Shown here piece after piece: positions 23,808 to 32,755 of a stretch of 64,000 nucleotides of DNA. How positions within the stretch are numbered: the stretch's first letter is position 1; each line of letters begins with the position of its first letter. The DNA comes from an uncultured Verrucomicrobiae bacterium (lineage in GTDB: Bacteria; Verrucomicrobiota; Verrucomicrobiia; Limisphaerales; UBA11358), in assembly GCA_963714695.1 (NCBI GenBank), contig CAVQPQ010000008.1:180656-244655 (forward strand). The letters run 5' to 3'. The notes beneath the pieces were generated by a model. That model did not search any database, had not been told where the DNA came from, and was given only the letters and a program-made list of their open reading frames with translations. The position numbers were made by a program, and so were the translations under genes.

Positions 23808-25640
23808 ATGAGCGACACTATCGCAACGGCATCATTGTCGGGCGGAACCCCGAAAGTTTCGAGAATCAACGAAGCTGTGATTCGCATCGCCGGCAATTCG
23901 CAAGACGGCATCCAGGTCATCGGGGGCTTTCTGGCCCGGCTCGCCGGCCGCAGCGAGCAGGAAGTCATGACGTTCATGACGATTCCAGCCACGATTTCCG
24001 GCGGGCCGTCCATCTTCCAGGTGCGCATCGGCTCGGGCGAAGTCCTGAGCTCCGGCGATGAAGCCGACATGCTGCTCGCGTTTTATCAGCACTCGTACGA
24101 GGACCACATTGGTTCGCTCAAAAAGGGCGGCATTGTGCTTTTTGATTCCGACCACGTTGAACCGAAGGCCGAATGGCAGCAGGACTATCATCACGTCGGC
24201 GTTCCGATTGCCTCGCTGACGGTCGAGGCCATTGGCGGCACGGCCAAGGACAAGGGCAAAAACATCTACGCGCTCGGCCTCTTGGCGCGGGTGTTCGACC
24301 TCAATGTGCCGAAACTGGAACTACTGGTCATCGAACGTTTCACCGGCAAGGACGAAAGCGTGGTCAGAAACGCGCTGGCGGCGTTCCGCGCGGGGCATTC
24401 CTACAACGCCGGCAACCTGTTCGAGACATTTCAATTTTCGGAAAGCCGCAAGCGCGACGGCCGTCAGGTCGTGATGAACGGCAACGAGGCGCTGGGCTAC
24501 GGTCTCATCGCCGCGGGCGTGCGCTTTGGCGCCGCCTATCCCATCACGCCATGGACGGATGTCATGGAACTGCTCCGGCGCGAACTGCCCAAATACGGCG
24601 GTACTTTCATCCAGTGCGAGGACGAAATTGCGTCCATCTCGATGGCCGTAGGCGCGAGCTATGCGGGCCGGGTTGCGGTGACGGGTTCGAGCGGACCGGG
24701 CATTTCCCTGAAGAGCGAAGCGCTGGGCTGGGCGGTCATGGCCGAAGTGCCGCTGGTGATTGTGGACGTCCAGCGCGGCGGCCCTTCGACCGGTTTGCCG
24801 ACCAGCGTTGAGCAATCCGATCTGAACATCGCCCGCTTTGGCAGCCACGGCGACTCGCCCCGCGTTGTGCTGGCACCGGCCAATGTCGGGGATTGTTTTT
24901 ACACCGCCATCGAGGCCGTCAACATCGCGCGCAAATACAACGTCCCGGTTTTCGTTTTGAGCGATCAGGCCATTGCCACGCGCATCGAGGCGTTTTTGGA
25001 GCCGGACCTCGAAAAAATCTGCCAGGACATTTCGCCCGACCTGACGCCGGTTGCCGATTGCAAACCGTATGATTTGTCCACTTCGGACGGGGTGGTTCCG
25101 CGGGTGGTGCCCGGCACGCGCATTGCCAGCGGCAAATATCCCGTTGCGACCGGCCTCGAGCACGATGAAGCCGGCCATCCGTCCGCCGCGCCCAAGGTGC
25201 ATCAGGCCATGGTTGCCAAGCGGCGCAAGAAATTGATGGCCCTTCAGGCGACCTTGCCCGTGCCGAAGGTTTACGGTCCGCCGGAGGGCAACGTGTTGCT
25301 CGTCGGCTGGGGTTCGACGCAAGGCCCGATTCGCGAAGCCGTGGACCGCGCCCGCGCCGCCGGCGACAGTGTCTCGTCGTTGCACATCAAACATCTCAGT
25401 CCGCTGCCGAATGGTTTGGAAAACATTTTCTCCGGCTTCCACCATGTCTTCGTCGTGGAGATGAACGATGAAGGGTTTTACGGGTACGGCCAACTGGCCG
25501 GTATGTTGCGCGCCCGTTATTGCGATCCCCGGATTCGCGGCATCAACAAGACCGACGGCCTGACGTGGAAGGTGAGGGAAATTCTCGCGGCGGTGAAACT
25601 CAAGTTGTCCTCGAACGGCCACGCCGCCAAAACCGTCTAA
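23808..25640 (+). CDS. korA: 2-oxoacid:ferredoxin (acceptor) oxidoreductase, alpha subunit
   Basis: 610 aa. Fused gamma/alpha-type domains (IRIAGNSQDGIQ..., NGNEALGYGLIAAGVRFGAAYPITP). Followed by the beta subunit 20 nt downstream. Confidence 0.88.
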   Translation: MSDTIATASLSGGTPKVSRINEAVIRIAGNSQDGIQVIGGFLARLAGRSEQEVMTFMTIPATISGGPSIFQVRIGSGEVLSSGDEADMLLAFYQHSYEDHIGSLKKGGIVLFDSDHVEPKAEWQQDYHHVGVPIASLTVEAIGGTAKDKGKNIYALGLLARVFDLNVPKLELLVIERFTGKDESVVRNALAAFRAGHSYNAGNLFETFQFSESRKRDGRQVVMNGNEALGYGLIAAGVRFGAAYPITPWTDVMELLRRELPKYGGTFIQCEDEIASISMAVGASYAGRVAVTGSSGPGISLKSEALGWAVMAEVPLVIVDVQRGGPSTGLPTSVEQSDLNIARFGSHGDSPRVVLAPANVGDCFYTAIEAVNIARKYNVPVFVLSDQAIATRIEAFLEPDLEKICQDISPDLTPVADCKPYDLSTSDGVVPRVVPGTRIASGKYPVATGLEHDEAGHPSAAPKVHQAMVAKRRKKLMALQATLPVPKVYGPPEGNVLLVGWGSTQGPIREAVDRARAAGDSVSSLHIKHLSPLPNGLENIFSGFHHVFVVEMNDEGFYGYGQLAGMLRARYCDPRIRGINKTDGLTWKVREILAAVKLKLSSNGHAAKTV

Positions 25641-25660
25641 TTTACAAAGCATAAAGTTTT

Positions 25661-26611
25661 ATGAGCGAAACGATTACTGAAATTCGCACCCGCGTCCCGC
25701 AAAGCGAGATTCCCGTCGCGGTGCCGCCCCCCGGGGCCGAACGCAAGGGTCTGACCAAAAAGGAAATCGCCGCCGATCACCCGACGTGGTGTCCCGGCTG
25801 TGGTGATTTCTCGGTGCTCGCTCTATATTTCAAGCTCATTGAGAAACGGAAACTGGGGCATGAGGACTTTGTCAGCGTCGCGGGCATCGGCTGTTCGAGC
25901 CGGTTCCCGTATTTTGTGCAGGCGCACGGGGTGCATTTCATCCACGGGCGCGCGCTGTCGTTTGGCAGCGGCATCTCGCTTTCCCGTCCGGATTTGCACG
26001 TGTTTGTGTTCGGCGGCGACGGCGACGCCTTTTCCATCGGCGGCAACCATTTCACCCACACCGCGCGCAAAAACGTAAAGTTGACCTATGTGGTCATGGA
26101 CAACTGGGTTTATGGCCTGACGAAAAAGCAGACCTCGCCAACCTCGCCGCTGGGGTTCAAGAGCAAGACCGACCAGTGGGGCGCGGTGGATTATCCGATC
26201 AATCCGATCAAGCAGGCGATTTCCGCCGGCGCCACGTTCGTCGCCCGCACCACGTCCACAAATCCGAATCACGTCCTGGCGATGATGGAGGCCGCGATGG
26301 ACCACGACGGTTTCAGCTTCATCGAATGTCTGAGCGAGTGCGTGGAATTTTACGAAGGCGCGTTCGACGCCGCGAACCCGCGCAAAGGCGGCATGTTCAT
26401 GGAAATTCCGAAGGACCACGACACCGCCGACGAAGTGAACGCCTACCGGCTGGCGGGCGCGGATTTCCCCGGTTACTTCGGCATTTTCTACAACGTCAAC
26501 AAGCCGACCAAAAACGCGAAGGAAGCCGACATCAACAAGGCCGCGATCGAAAAGGTCAAAGGGTTGAAAGACTGGCAGATTCTCCAGAAGAATTTCGACC
26601 GGTTGAAGTGA
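25661..26611 (+). CDS. korB: 2-oxoacid:ferredoxin oxidoreductase, beta subunit (TPP-binding)
   Basis: WCPGCGDFSVL and the GGDGD TPP-binding motif. 316 aa. Confidence 0.88.
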   Translation: MSETITEIRTRVPQSEIPVAVPPPGAERKGLTKKEIAADHPTWCPGCGDFSVLALYFKLIEKRKLGHEDFVSVAGIGCSSRFPYFVQAHGVHFIHGRALSFGSGISLSRPDLHVFVFGGDGDAFSIGGNHFTHTARKNVKLTYVVMDNWVYGLTKKQTSPTSPLGFKSKTDQWGAVDYPINPIKQAISAGATFVARTTSTNPNHVLAMMEAAMDHDGFSFIECLSECVEFYEGAFDAANPRKGGMFMEIPKDHDTADEVNAYRLAGADFPGYFGIFYNVNKPTKNAKEADINKAAIEKVKGLKDWQILQKNFDRLK

Positions 26612-26892
26612 GGGTTCCCCCTGCGATTTGCCGCTTTTGCATTACGAGTCTGTCGGTCGTGTGCGAGACGATCGTTGCTGAAAACGGCTCCAGGTTTGGT
26701 CGCTGTCAAAATTATCATTCGGCAAAACGTCGAAGTTGATTTGTGCCGGACCGGGAAACACAAACTTGGAATGTTTGCAAATTCATGTTTTGAAACATGA
26801 TATCTGGACGGGGTTCTTTTGTGTCGCTACGGTGATGGCGCACCCACCGGGATCAAATCAGGACACTTTCCAATTGGCTGGCGTCTTTTGAA

Positions 26893-28806
26893 TTACTGGT
26901 CCGTGTGGGATGGTGACGGTTTTGCCACGGAGGTTGCCGATGGGGGTGCATGATAGGGTTTGCTGGCGCGGTAGAATTCGAGCAATTGCCGGTTTTTCGC
27001 GGCCACGTTCGTCATCCCGGCATGGTTGGCCAGTTGTTCCGCCTTTTCCGCTGTGGCCACCGCTTCCGGAAACCGTCCGGCTTCGGCATAAGCGGCGGCC
27101 AGCGTCCCGATGATCAAGGGGTTGCGTTGAAGGGTCAGTTCATCCGCGCGTTCGGCCAGACGGACTGCCTCGACCCCGTTGCGCAGTGCATCATCAGAGC
27201 TGGTGGCCAGAATCCATGCCAGATTGTTCAGGGTCGCGGACATTTGGGGGTTCAAGGCCAAAGCATGCCGATATTGGACGACGGCTTCGCCAGTTCGGCC
27301 TGTTTGGTCGAGCATGACGCCCAGGTTAAAGTATGGATCAGCAACCTTCGGATCTATCTGGATTGCCCTGTAAATATGTCCCATCGCTTCCCCGATCCGC
27401 CCGCGGTCGTTTAAATAAATGCCAGCGCCCAGATTATTATGGGCCATCCAGCAACCCGGGTTTCTGGCCAGTGTCGTCTGCCAGAGGGTTTCCATGTCGG
27501 AGTACATCCCGCATTGCCGCCAAGTCAGGAGAGCCAAAACCGGCAGCACGATGACCGCGAAACCATAAATCGCCGCTGGCCGGCGCAGCCATTCGGCCGC
27601 CCGTGTTACCAGCGCCGCCACCAGCGCCATCAGCCCCAGGCTGGACAGGTAAACCCAATGGTCCCACACAAACGAATAACGCATGCCATACGCGTTCAAA
27701 AACCCCAACAACGGAAACAAAGTTCCCACAAAAAAGAACAGTGCCGTTGCCGGGCCACGCCCAATGCGCCCCCGAGCCAGCCAGAGTGTCCACAGTGTGC
27801 CGACCGCCGACACCGGAAACAACCATTGCCACCACACCCCCGGGTTGGGTTGCCAGCGTGGATAAACGAAGCACAGATTCACCGGCCAGAACAGTTTGCC
27901 GAGGTAAAACCAGAAGGCATGACCGGCAATCAAACAGCGTTGGGGGAAGGTCTGGGCAAACTCTGGTCCCTGGGCTCCCACATGGTTCTTTTCCAGCCAG
28001 GCGGTCACGGCACAAAGGCCGATGGCCAGAGCAAAGAAAGGCAGGGTCGGCAATATGTCTGCCCGCCACCCAAGGCGGCCGTGCTGCCACCAGCCCAGCA
28101 GCAGGATGGCCGCCGGCAGCGAAAAGGCCGTCGTCTTGGCCAAAAGCGCGCCTAGAAACAGGAAGAAAGCCAGACCATAAAAAAATAGTGACGGGGGGCA
28201 TGTTCCGCATGACGGGTCAGGGACGGAGGCGCTTTTTTTTGTTCCGGTCATTTGTTTCCCGCAGTTGGTCTTCCACGGCGCATACCGTCCATAGGCCAGC
28301 AACGCGCCGAGATAGAGGGACAGGGACAGGACATTTTTGCGTTCGGTGATCCAGGCGACGGATTCGACCATGACCGGATGGAGGGCGAAGAAGGCCGCCG
28401 CCAGCCAAGCCCCCGGCAATTGCAGCCGAAGCAACAACCGCCAGAACAATAACGCGGCCAGGGCGTGTAGCAGGACGTTCTCCACGTGGTAAGGCGGCGT
28501 CCAGAACTTCCAGAACTGGTAATCCAACCAGAACGTCGTGCCCGAGAGCGGGTAGTACTGTTGCAGCGCAGTCGGGTCACACCAGATTGAGCCTAAACCG
28601 GATGCGTTCCGGAACAGTCCTGATAGTTTTGTCGTCCACGAGTTATCGTCCCAGATGAAACCGCCGCGCAGGGCAGGGAGATAGGCCAGGAAGATCGCCA
28701 GAACAATCAGGACGCTGGGAATGGCCCGGCGCGCCCGTTGATTTAATGGCAAAAAGTTCTGACGTGACACTCCGGTGATATAAACGGAAAGACATCGCTG
28801 AGACAA
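26893..28806 (-). CDS. polytopic membrane protein with C-terminal TPR repeats (GT-C / TMTC-like putative glycosyltransferase)
   Basis: N-terminal ~450 aa are multi-TM with LRGGFIWDDN. The C-terminal part has several TPR units (NNLG...AI..DP....YNLG...). Confidence 0.65.
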   Translation of the reverse strand: MSQRCLSVYITGVSRQNFLPLNQRARRAIPSVLIVLAIFLAYLPALRGGFIWDDNSWTTKLSGLFRNASGLGSIWCDPTALQQYYPLSGTTFWLDYQFWKFWTPPYHVENVLLHALAALLFWRLLLRLQLPGAWLAAAFFALHPVMVESVAWITERKNVLSLSLYLGALLAYGRYAPWKTNCGKQMTGTKKSASVPDPSCGTCPPSLFFYGLAFFLFLGALLAKTTAFSLPAAILLLGWWQHGRLGWRADILPTLPFFALAIGLCAVTAWLEKNHVGAQGPEFAQTFPQRCLIAGHAFWFYLGKLFWPVNLCFVYPRWQPNPGVWWQWLFPVSAVGTLWTLWLARGRIGRGPATALFFFVGTLFPLLGFLNAYGMRYSFVWDHWVYLSSLGLMALVAALVTRAAEWLRRPAAIYGFAVIVLPVLALLTWRQCGMYSDMETLWQTTLARNPGCWMAHNNLGAGIYLNDRGRIGEAMGHIYRAIQIDPKVADPYFNLGVMLDQTGRTGEAVVQYRHALALNPQMSATLNNLAWILATSSDDALRNGVEAVRLAERADELTLQRNPLIIGTLAAAYAEAGRFPEAVATAEKAEQLANHAGMTNVAAKNRQLLEFYRASKPYHAPPSATSVAKPSPSHTDQ

Positions 28807-28931
28807 GTATCGTAATCAAAAAGCAATCGGCCCATTGCCGTCCGGCTTCGTAATCGGGCCGAGTGTAACCGCCGGCAACCAACGAATCACACACGACCAA
28901 CGGCAGAAACAATGAACAATTTACTGGCGCG

Positions 28932-28959
28932 CAATTCGCAAATCGTAAATCGTAATTTC
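28932..28959. repeat. tandem heptamer AAATCGT-type repeat in a 5-prime leader
   Basis: AATTCGC AAATCGT AAATCGT AATTTCC, directly upstream of the zinc-ribbon gene start. Confidence 0.7.
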
Positions 28960-28961
28960 CG

Positions 28962-29453
28962 ATGCCGATTTACGAATTTGCCTGTCCGAAGTGCCGCCGG
29001 ATTTTCAGCTTCCTGTCGAAGCGCGTGAATCCCACCCGCATGCCCGTCTGCCCCAAGTGCGGCAACCAGAAAATGTCCAAACAGATCAGCCGCTTCGCCC
29101 TGAGCAAAGGGTTGAAGGAACCGTCCGCTTCAACCGGCGCCGGCGCGCCGGATGGCCCGCCCATGCCGGATCTCGACGATCCGCGCGTTGAGCGCGCCAT
29201 GATGGAAATGGAGCGCGACATGGAACATCTGGACGAAAACAATCCGCGCCACATGGCGCACATGATGAAGAAGATGAAAGACCTCATGCCGCCCGGCTCG
29301 ATGCCCAAGGAATTCGACACGGCCATCAAACGGCTCGAAGCCGGCGAAGACCCGGAAAAAATCGAGGCCGATATGGGCGATTTCATGGGCAGCGGAGAAG
29401 GCGGCGCGGGCGGCGGTGGTTATTCCCGCGATTCCGGGTTGTACGATTATTGA
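28962..29453 (+). CDS. FmdB-family zinc-ribbon protein
   Basis: MPIYEFACPKCRRIF...CPKCGN (CxxC...CxxC) with an acidic/Gly-rich tail. Confidence 0.8.
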   Translation: MPIYEFACPKCRRIFSFLSKRVNPTRMPVCPKCGNQKMSKQISRFALSKGLKEPSASTGAGAPDGPPMPDLDDPRVERAMMEMERDMEHLDENNPRHMAHMMKKMKDLMPPGSMPKEFDTAIKRLEAGEDPEKIEADMGDFMGSGEGGAGGGGYSRDSGLYDY

Positions 29454-29480
29454 AGTCTTCATTTTCCCCTGCGCTTTTGC

Positions 29481-30320
29481 ATGCAAAAACAAAAGAACAT
29501 TTTTCAACAAATCATCCGCGTCCTGTTGACCGGGCTGGTGGCAGTCGTCTGGGCCTGGTATCACAGCGAGGCGCCGGCGTCCCTGTCAGGCGACGATGGG
29601 ACGATCTCCGTATCGCCAGGCACGCCGGTTGACTTCTGTCAGGTGGTGAACACGTGGCCGCACGATCGCGGAGCGTTTACGGAAGGATTGATTTATCTCG
29701 ACGGCGTTTTGCTGGAGAGCACCGGACTCAATGGCCGGTCCAGCCTGCGCCGGGTGGAATTGAAAACCGGCCGGGTGTTGCAACAAGTCGCCGTCCCTTC
29801 CGAATATTTCGCCGAGGGTCTCACCGCGCTGCACGGCAAATTGTACCAGCTCACGTGGAAGAATCACAAAGGGTTCGTCTATGACCTCGACACGTTTCGG
29901 CTGGAAAAGGTCTTTTCCTACGACGGCGAAGGTTGGGGACTCACCACGGACGGCCAATCCTTGATTCTCAGCGACGGGACCGATCAGATTCGATTTCTTG
30001 ATCCGGCCACGTCTCAAGTGCAGCGTTCAATCCACGTTTCGGACCACGGACGGCCCATCAAACGGCTGAATGAGCTGGAATACGTCCGGGGGGAAATCCT
30101 CGCGAACATCTGGCAGACGGATTTCATCGCGCGCATTGACCCGGCCTCGGGACGGGTTCTTGGCCTGATTGACCTGCGCGGACTGCTCCCGCCGGGAGAT
30201 CGCGACGGAACCGCGGACGTGCTCAACGGGATCGCTTACGATGCCGCAGGTGATCGTTTGTTCGTCACCGGCAAACTGTGGCCAAAACTTTTCGAAGTGC
30301 GGCGGAAAGCAAAACCCTGA
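29481..30320 (+). CDS. glutaminyl-peptide cyclotransferase (beta-propeller type)
   Basis: YPHD-like WPHDRGAFTEGLIYLDGVLLESTGLNGRSSLRRVELKTG and LNELEYVRGEILANIW, typical of plant/bacterial-type glutamine cyclotransferases. Confidence 0.8.
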   Translation: MQKQKNIFQQIIRVLLTGLVAVVWAWYHSEAPASLSGDDGTISVSPGTPVDFCQVVNTWPHDRGAFTEGLIYLDGVLLESTGLNGRSSLRRVELKTGRVLQQVAVPSEYFAEGLTALHGKLYQLTWKNHKGFVYDLDTFRLEKVFSYDGEGWGLTTDGQSLILSDGTDQIRFLDPATSQVQRSIHVSDHGRPIKRLNELEYVRGEILANIWQTDFIARIDPASGRVLGLIDLRGLLPPGDRDGTADVLNGIAYDAAGDRLFVTGKLWPKLFEVRRKAKP

Positions 30321-30361
30321 TGCGGTTGTAACAATTCACTGCACATCACCCATTACGAGTC

Positions 30362-30826
30362 ATGGCCCACATTCACAAAAAAATTGATTTCACCGTTGCC
30401 ATTTTTGTCGTTCACAACGGAAAAATTCTACTGATTCACCACCGCCAGCTCGACCAATGGCTGCCGCTCGGCGGACACGTCGAATTGGACGAAGACCCGG
30501 AGCAGGCCGCGTTGCGCGAAGCGAAGGAAGAAAGCGGGCTGGAGGTTGAGTTGCTCGGCGAACGTCCGCCCACGACCGGGCCGGGCACCCGCGCGCTCAT
30601 CGCGCCGCGTTTCCTCGACATCCACCGCATCAACAACACTCACCAGCACATCGGCATGTTGTATTGGGCGCGGCCAAAGGGCGGCAAGCTGATGCTGGCG
30701 ACAGGCGAACATCATGACATCCGCTGGTGTTCCGCCACGGAATTGGACAAGCTACAGCCGCCGATGTTGGACGCGGTGAAATGGTATTGCCGCGCCGCCA
30801 TCAGGGAAATTTCAAGTCAGACATGA
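30362..30826 (+). CDS. NUDIX hydrolase
   Basis: Nudix box GGHVELDEDPEQAALREAKEESGLEV. Confidence 0.85.
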   Translation: MAHIHKKIDFTVAIFVVHNGKILLIHHRQLDQWLPLGGHVELDEDPEQAALREAKEESGLEVELLGERPPTTGPGTRALIAPRFLDIHRINNTHQHIGMLYWARPKGGKLMLATGEHHDIRWCSATELDKLQPPMLDAVKWYCRAAIREISSQT

Positions 30827-32007
30827 GCACCCGGGAAAGCCGCCAGTTTAAGACCGTTTGTTTTGCCATTGAAGGCATGACTTCCTTCTCCGTGTCCCTT
30901 TTTTCCTACTACATTTATTTTCTCATGCGGGACCGGTTTGGTTTCAATGGTCGGGACAATCTCGCATTTGCCGCGCTGAACGGCATCATTTATACCATCG
31001 CCGCCTGGCAGGGCGGGCGGTTCGGACAACGGCGCGGTTATTTCAATGCGCTCAAATCCGGCTTCGGCGTGATGATTCTAGCGCTGGCCGGCGGCTGGTG
31101 GTTCGACTCCGCTTTTGCCTTGGTGCTGGCCACCGGCGCGTTCAACGTCGGGATGTGCTTCATCTGGCCGACCATCGAGGCGCTCGTGAGCCAAGGCGAG
31201 GACGCCGTCGGCCTGCCGCGCATGGTGGGCACTTACAACGTGGTTTGGGCCGCCACGAATGTGCTGGCGTTGTTCGGCGGCGGCACGCTGGTGGAAAAAT
31301 TTGGATACAAAACCATTTTTTTCGTGCCCGTCGCCGTTTTTATCGTCCTGCTGGCCCTGGTTTTCCGGCTGCAAAAACACGCGCACGCCGCCCGCGCCGA
31401 CGGCCACGAACCCGCGCCGGCGCCGGCGCCTGACCCGCACCGCCCGTCGCCCGCGAAAACCAAGGCGTTTCTGCGCATGGCGTGGCTGGCGAACCCGTTT
31501 GCCTATCTCGCCATCAACACCTTCATTCCCCTGCTGCCCACCCTGGCAGCGCATTTCCAGCTCTCGCCCATGTTCGCGGGATTTGCGTGTTCGTTGTGGG
31601 GTTTTGTGCGGCTCGGCACGTTCATCGTGCTGTGGGCCTGGACGGACTGGCATTACCGTTTTCGCTGGCTCGTGACGGCGTTTGCGATGCTCATCATTTC
31701 CTTCGCGACGATTCTCATCGTTCCCCATCTCGCCGTGCTGTTGCTGGCGCAAATCTTCTTCGGCGCGGCCATCGGCCTTATTTATTACTCGTCGCTGTTT
31801 TACTCGATGGATGCGAGCGAGGCCAAGGGCGAACATGGCGGCATCCACGAAGCCGCCATTGGCGTGGGCAACTGCATCGGCCCGGCGGTGGGCGCGGCGT
31901 CGCTGCAATGGATGCCGCAATACGCCAACAGCGGCACCATCGCCGTCAGCGCCCTGCTGCTGCTCGGCCTCGGCGCGCTGGTGACGATCTGGAAAACCGC
32001 CCGATGA
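30823..32007 (+). CDS. MFS transporter
   Basis: ORF 30727..32007 trimmed to the ATG at 30823 (ATGA overlap with the NUDIX stop). ~12 predicted TM segments with a central Ala/Pro-rich loop. Confidence 0.7.
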   Translation: MSTRESRQFKTVCFAIEGMTSFSVSLFSYYIYFLMRDRFGFNGRDNLAFAALNGIIYTIAAWQGGRFGQRRGYFNALKSGFGVMILALAGGWWFDSAFALVLATGAFNVGMCFIWPTIEALVSQGEDAVGLPRMVGTYNVVWAATNVLALFGGGTLVEKFGYKTIFFVPVAVFIVLLALVFRLQKHAHAARADGHEPAPAPAPDPHRPSPAKTKAFLRMAWLANPFAYLAINTFIPLLPTLAAHFQLSPMFAGFACSLWGFVRLGTFIVLWAWTDWHYRFRWLVTAFAMLIISFATILIVPHLAVLLLAQIFFGAAIGLIYYSSLFYSMDASEAKGEHGGIHEAAIGVGNCIGPAVGAASLQWMPQYANSGTIAVSALLLLGLGALVTIWKTAR

Positions 32008-32181
32008 AATTGCGATTTGCCAAGGCCCCCGGATTTTACTACGGTTTTCCCCGTGCCAGTTCAACCGAACACAACGACCACATTTTAGCGTTCATTCCCG
32101 AAAATGGAATGGACGCCAACGCCTCTGACAGACTGTCCGGGGCGTTTTTTGTTTGGTGAACACAACCGCAGATAAACAAAG

Positions 32182-32613
32182 ATGAACGCAGATGATTTTC
32201 CAGACTTGCACGCCGGAAAGGGTGACGCCTACCCGTGCAAAGAGGAGACTCGGGCAATTATTGGCTGCGCGTTTGAGGTGCTGAACGAGCTGGGGCACGG
32301 ACTCAATGAAAAGCTTTATGAAAATTCGCTGGTGGTCGAATTCAAGCGGCGGGGCATGGCCTTTGACCAGCAATGCCGATTCGATGTGCTCTATAAAGGC
32401 GAGCCTGTTGGCGAGTTTATTCCGGACTTGATCGCTTGTGGCAAAGTCGTCGTGGACGCCAAGACCATTGAGTGCATCACCGACCATGAACGCGGGCAGA
32501 TGTTGAATTACCTTCGCATTACTGGACTGCCGGTCGGATTGATTCTGAATTTCAAGCACGCCCGTCTGGAATGGGAAAGAATTGCATTAACAACCGCAGA
32601 TAAACGCAGATGA
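32182..32613 (+). CDS. GxxExxY protein (PD-(D/E)XK nuclease superfamily paralog family)
   Basis: IIGCAFEVLNELGHGLNEKLYENSLVVEF contains the family G-x-x-E-x-x-Y motif. DLIACGKVVVDAKT and GLILNF follow. Start and stop codons both lie in CGCAGATGAA decamer repeats. Confidence 0.8.
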   Translation: MNADDFPDLHAGKGDAYPCKEETRAIIGCAFEVLNELGHGLNEKLYENSLVVEFKRRGMAFDQQCRFDVLYKGEPVGEFIPDLIACGKVVVDAKTIECITDHERGQMLNYLRITGLPVGLILNFKHARLEWERIALTTADKRR

Positions 32614-32738
32614 ACGCAGATAAAAATCAAATATCATGGCAGACAATGCGCAAAAAGCCGGGAGTCCTTCGGTGCCTTCCTCAAAGCGGCGGCTCCGCCG
32701 CCGAAAGAATCTGCGTTCATCTGCGTCCATCTGCGGTT
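32592..32738. repeat. 30-bp inverted repeat built from CGCAGAT(A/G)AA decamers
   Basis: AACCGCAGATAAACGCAGATGAACGCAGAT (32592-32621) versus ATCTGCGTTCATCTGCGTCCATCTGCGGTT (32709-32738). 27/30 complementary. Confidence 0.85.
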
Positions 32739-32755
32739 AAACTCTTTTGAAATTT

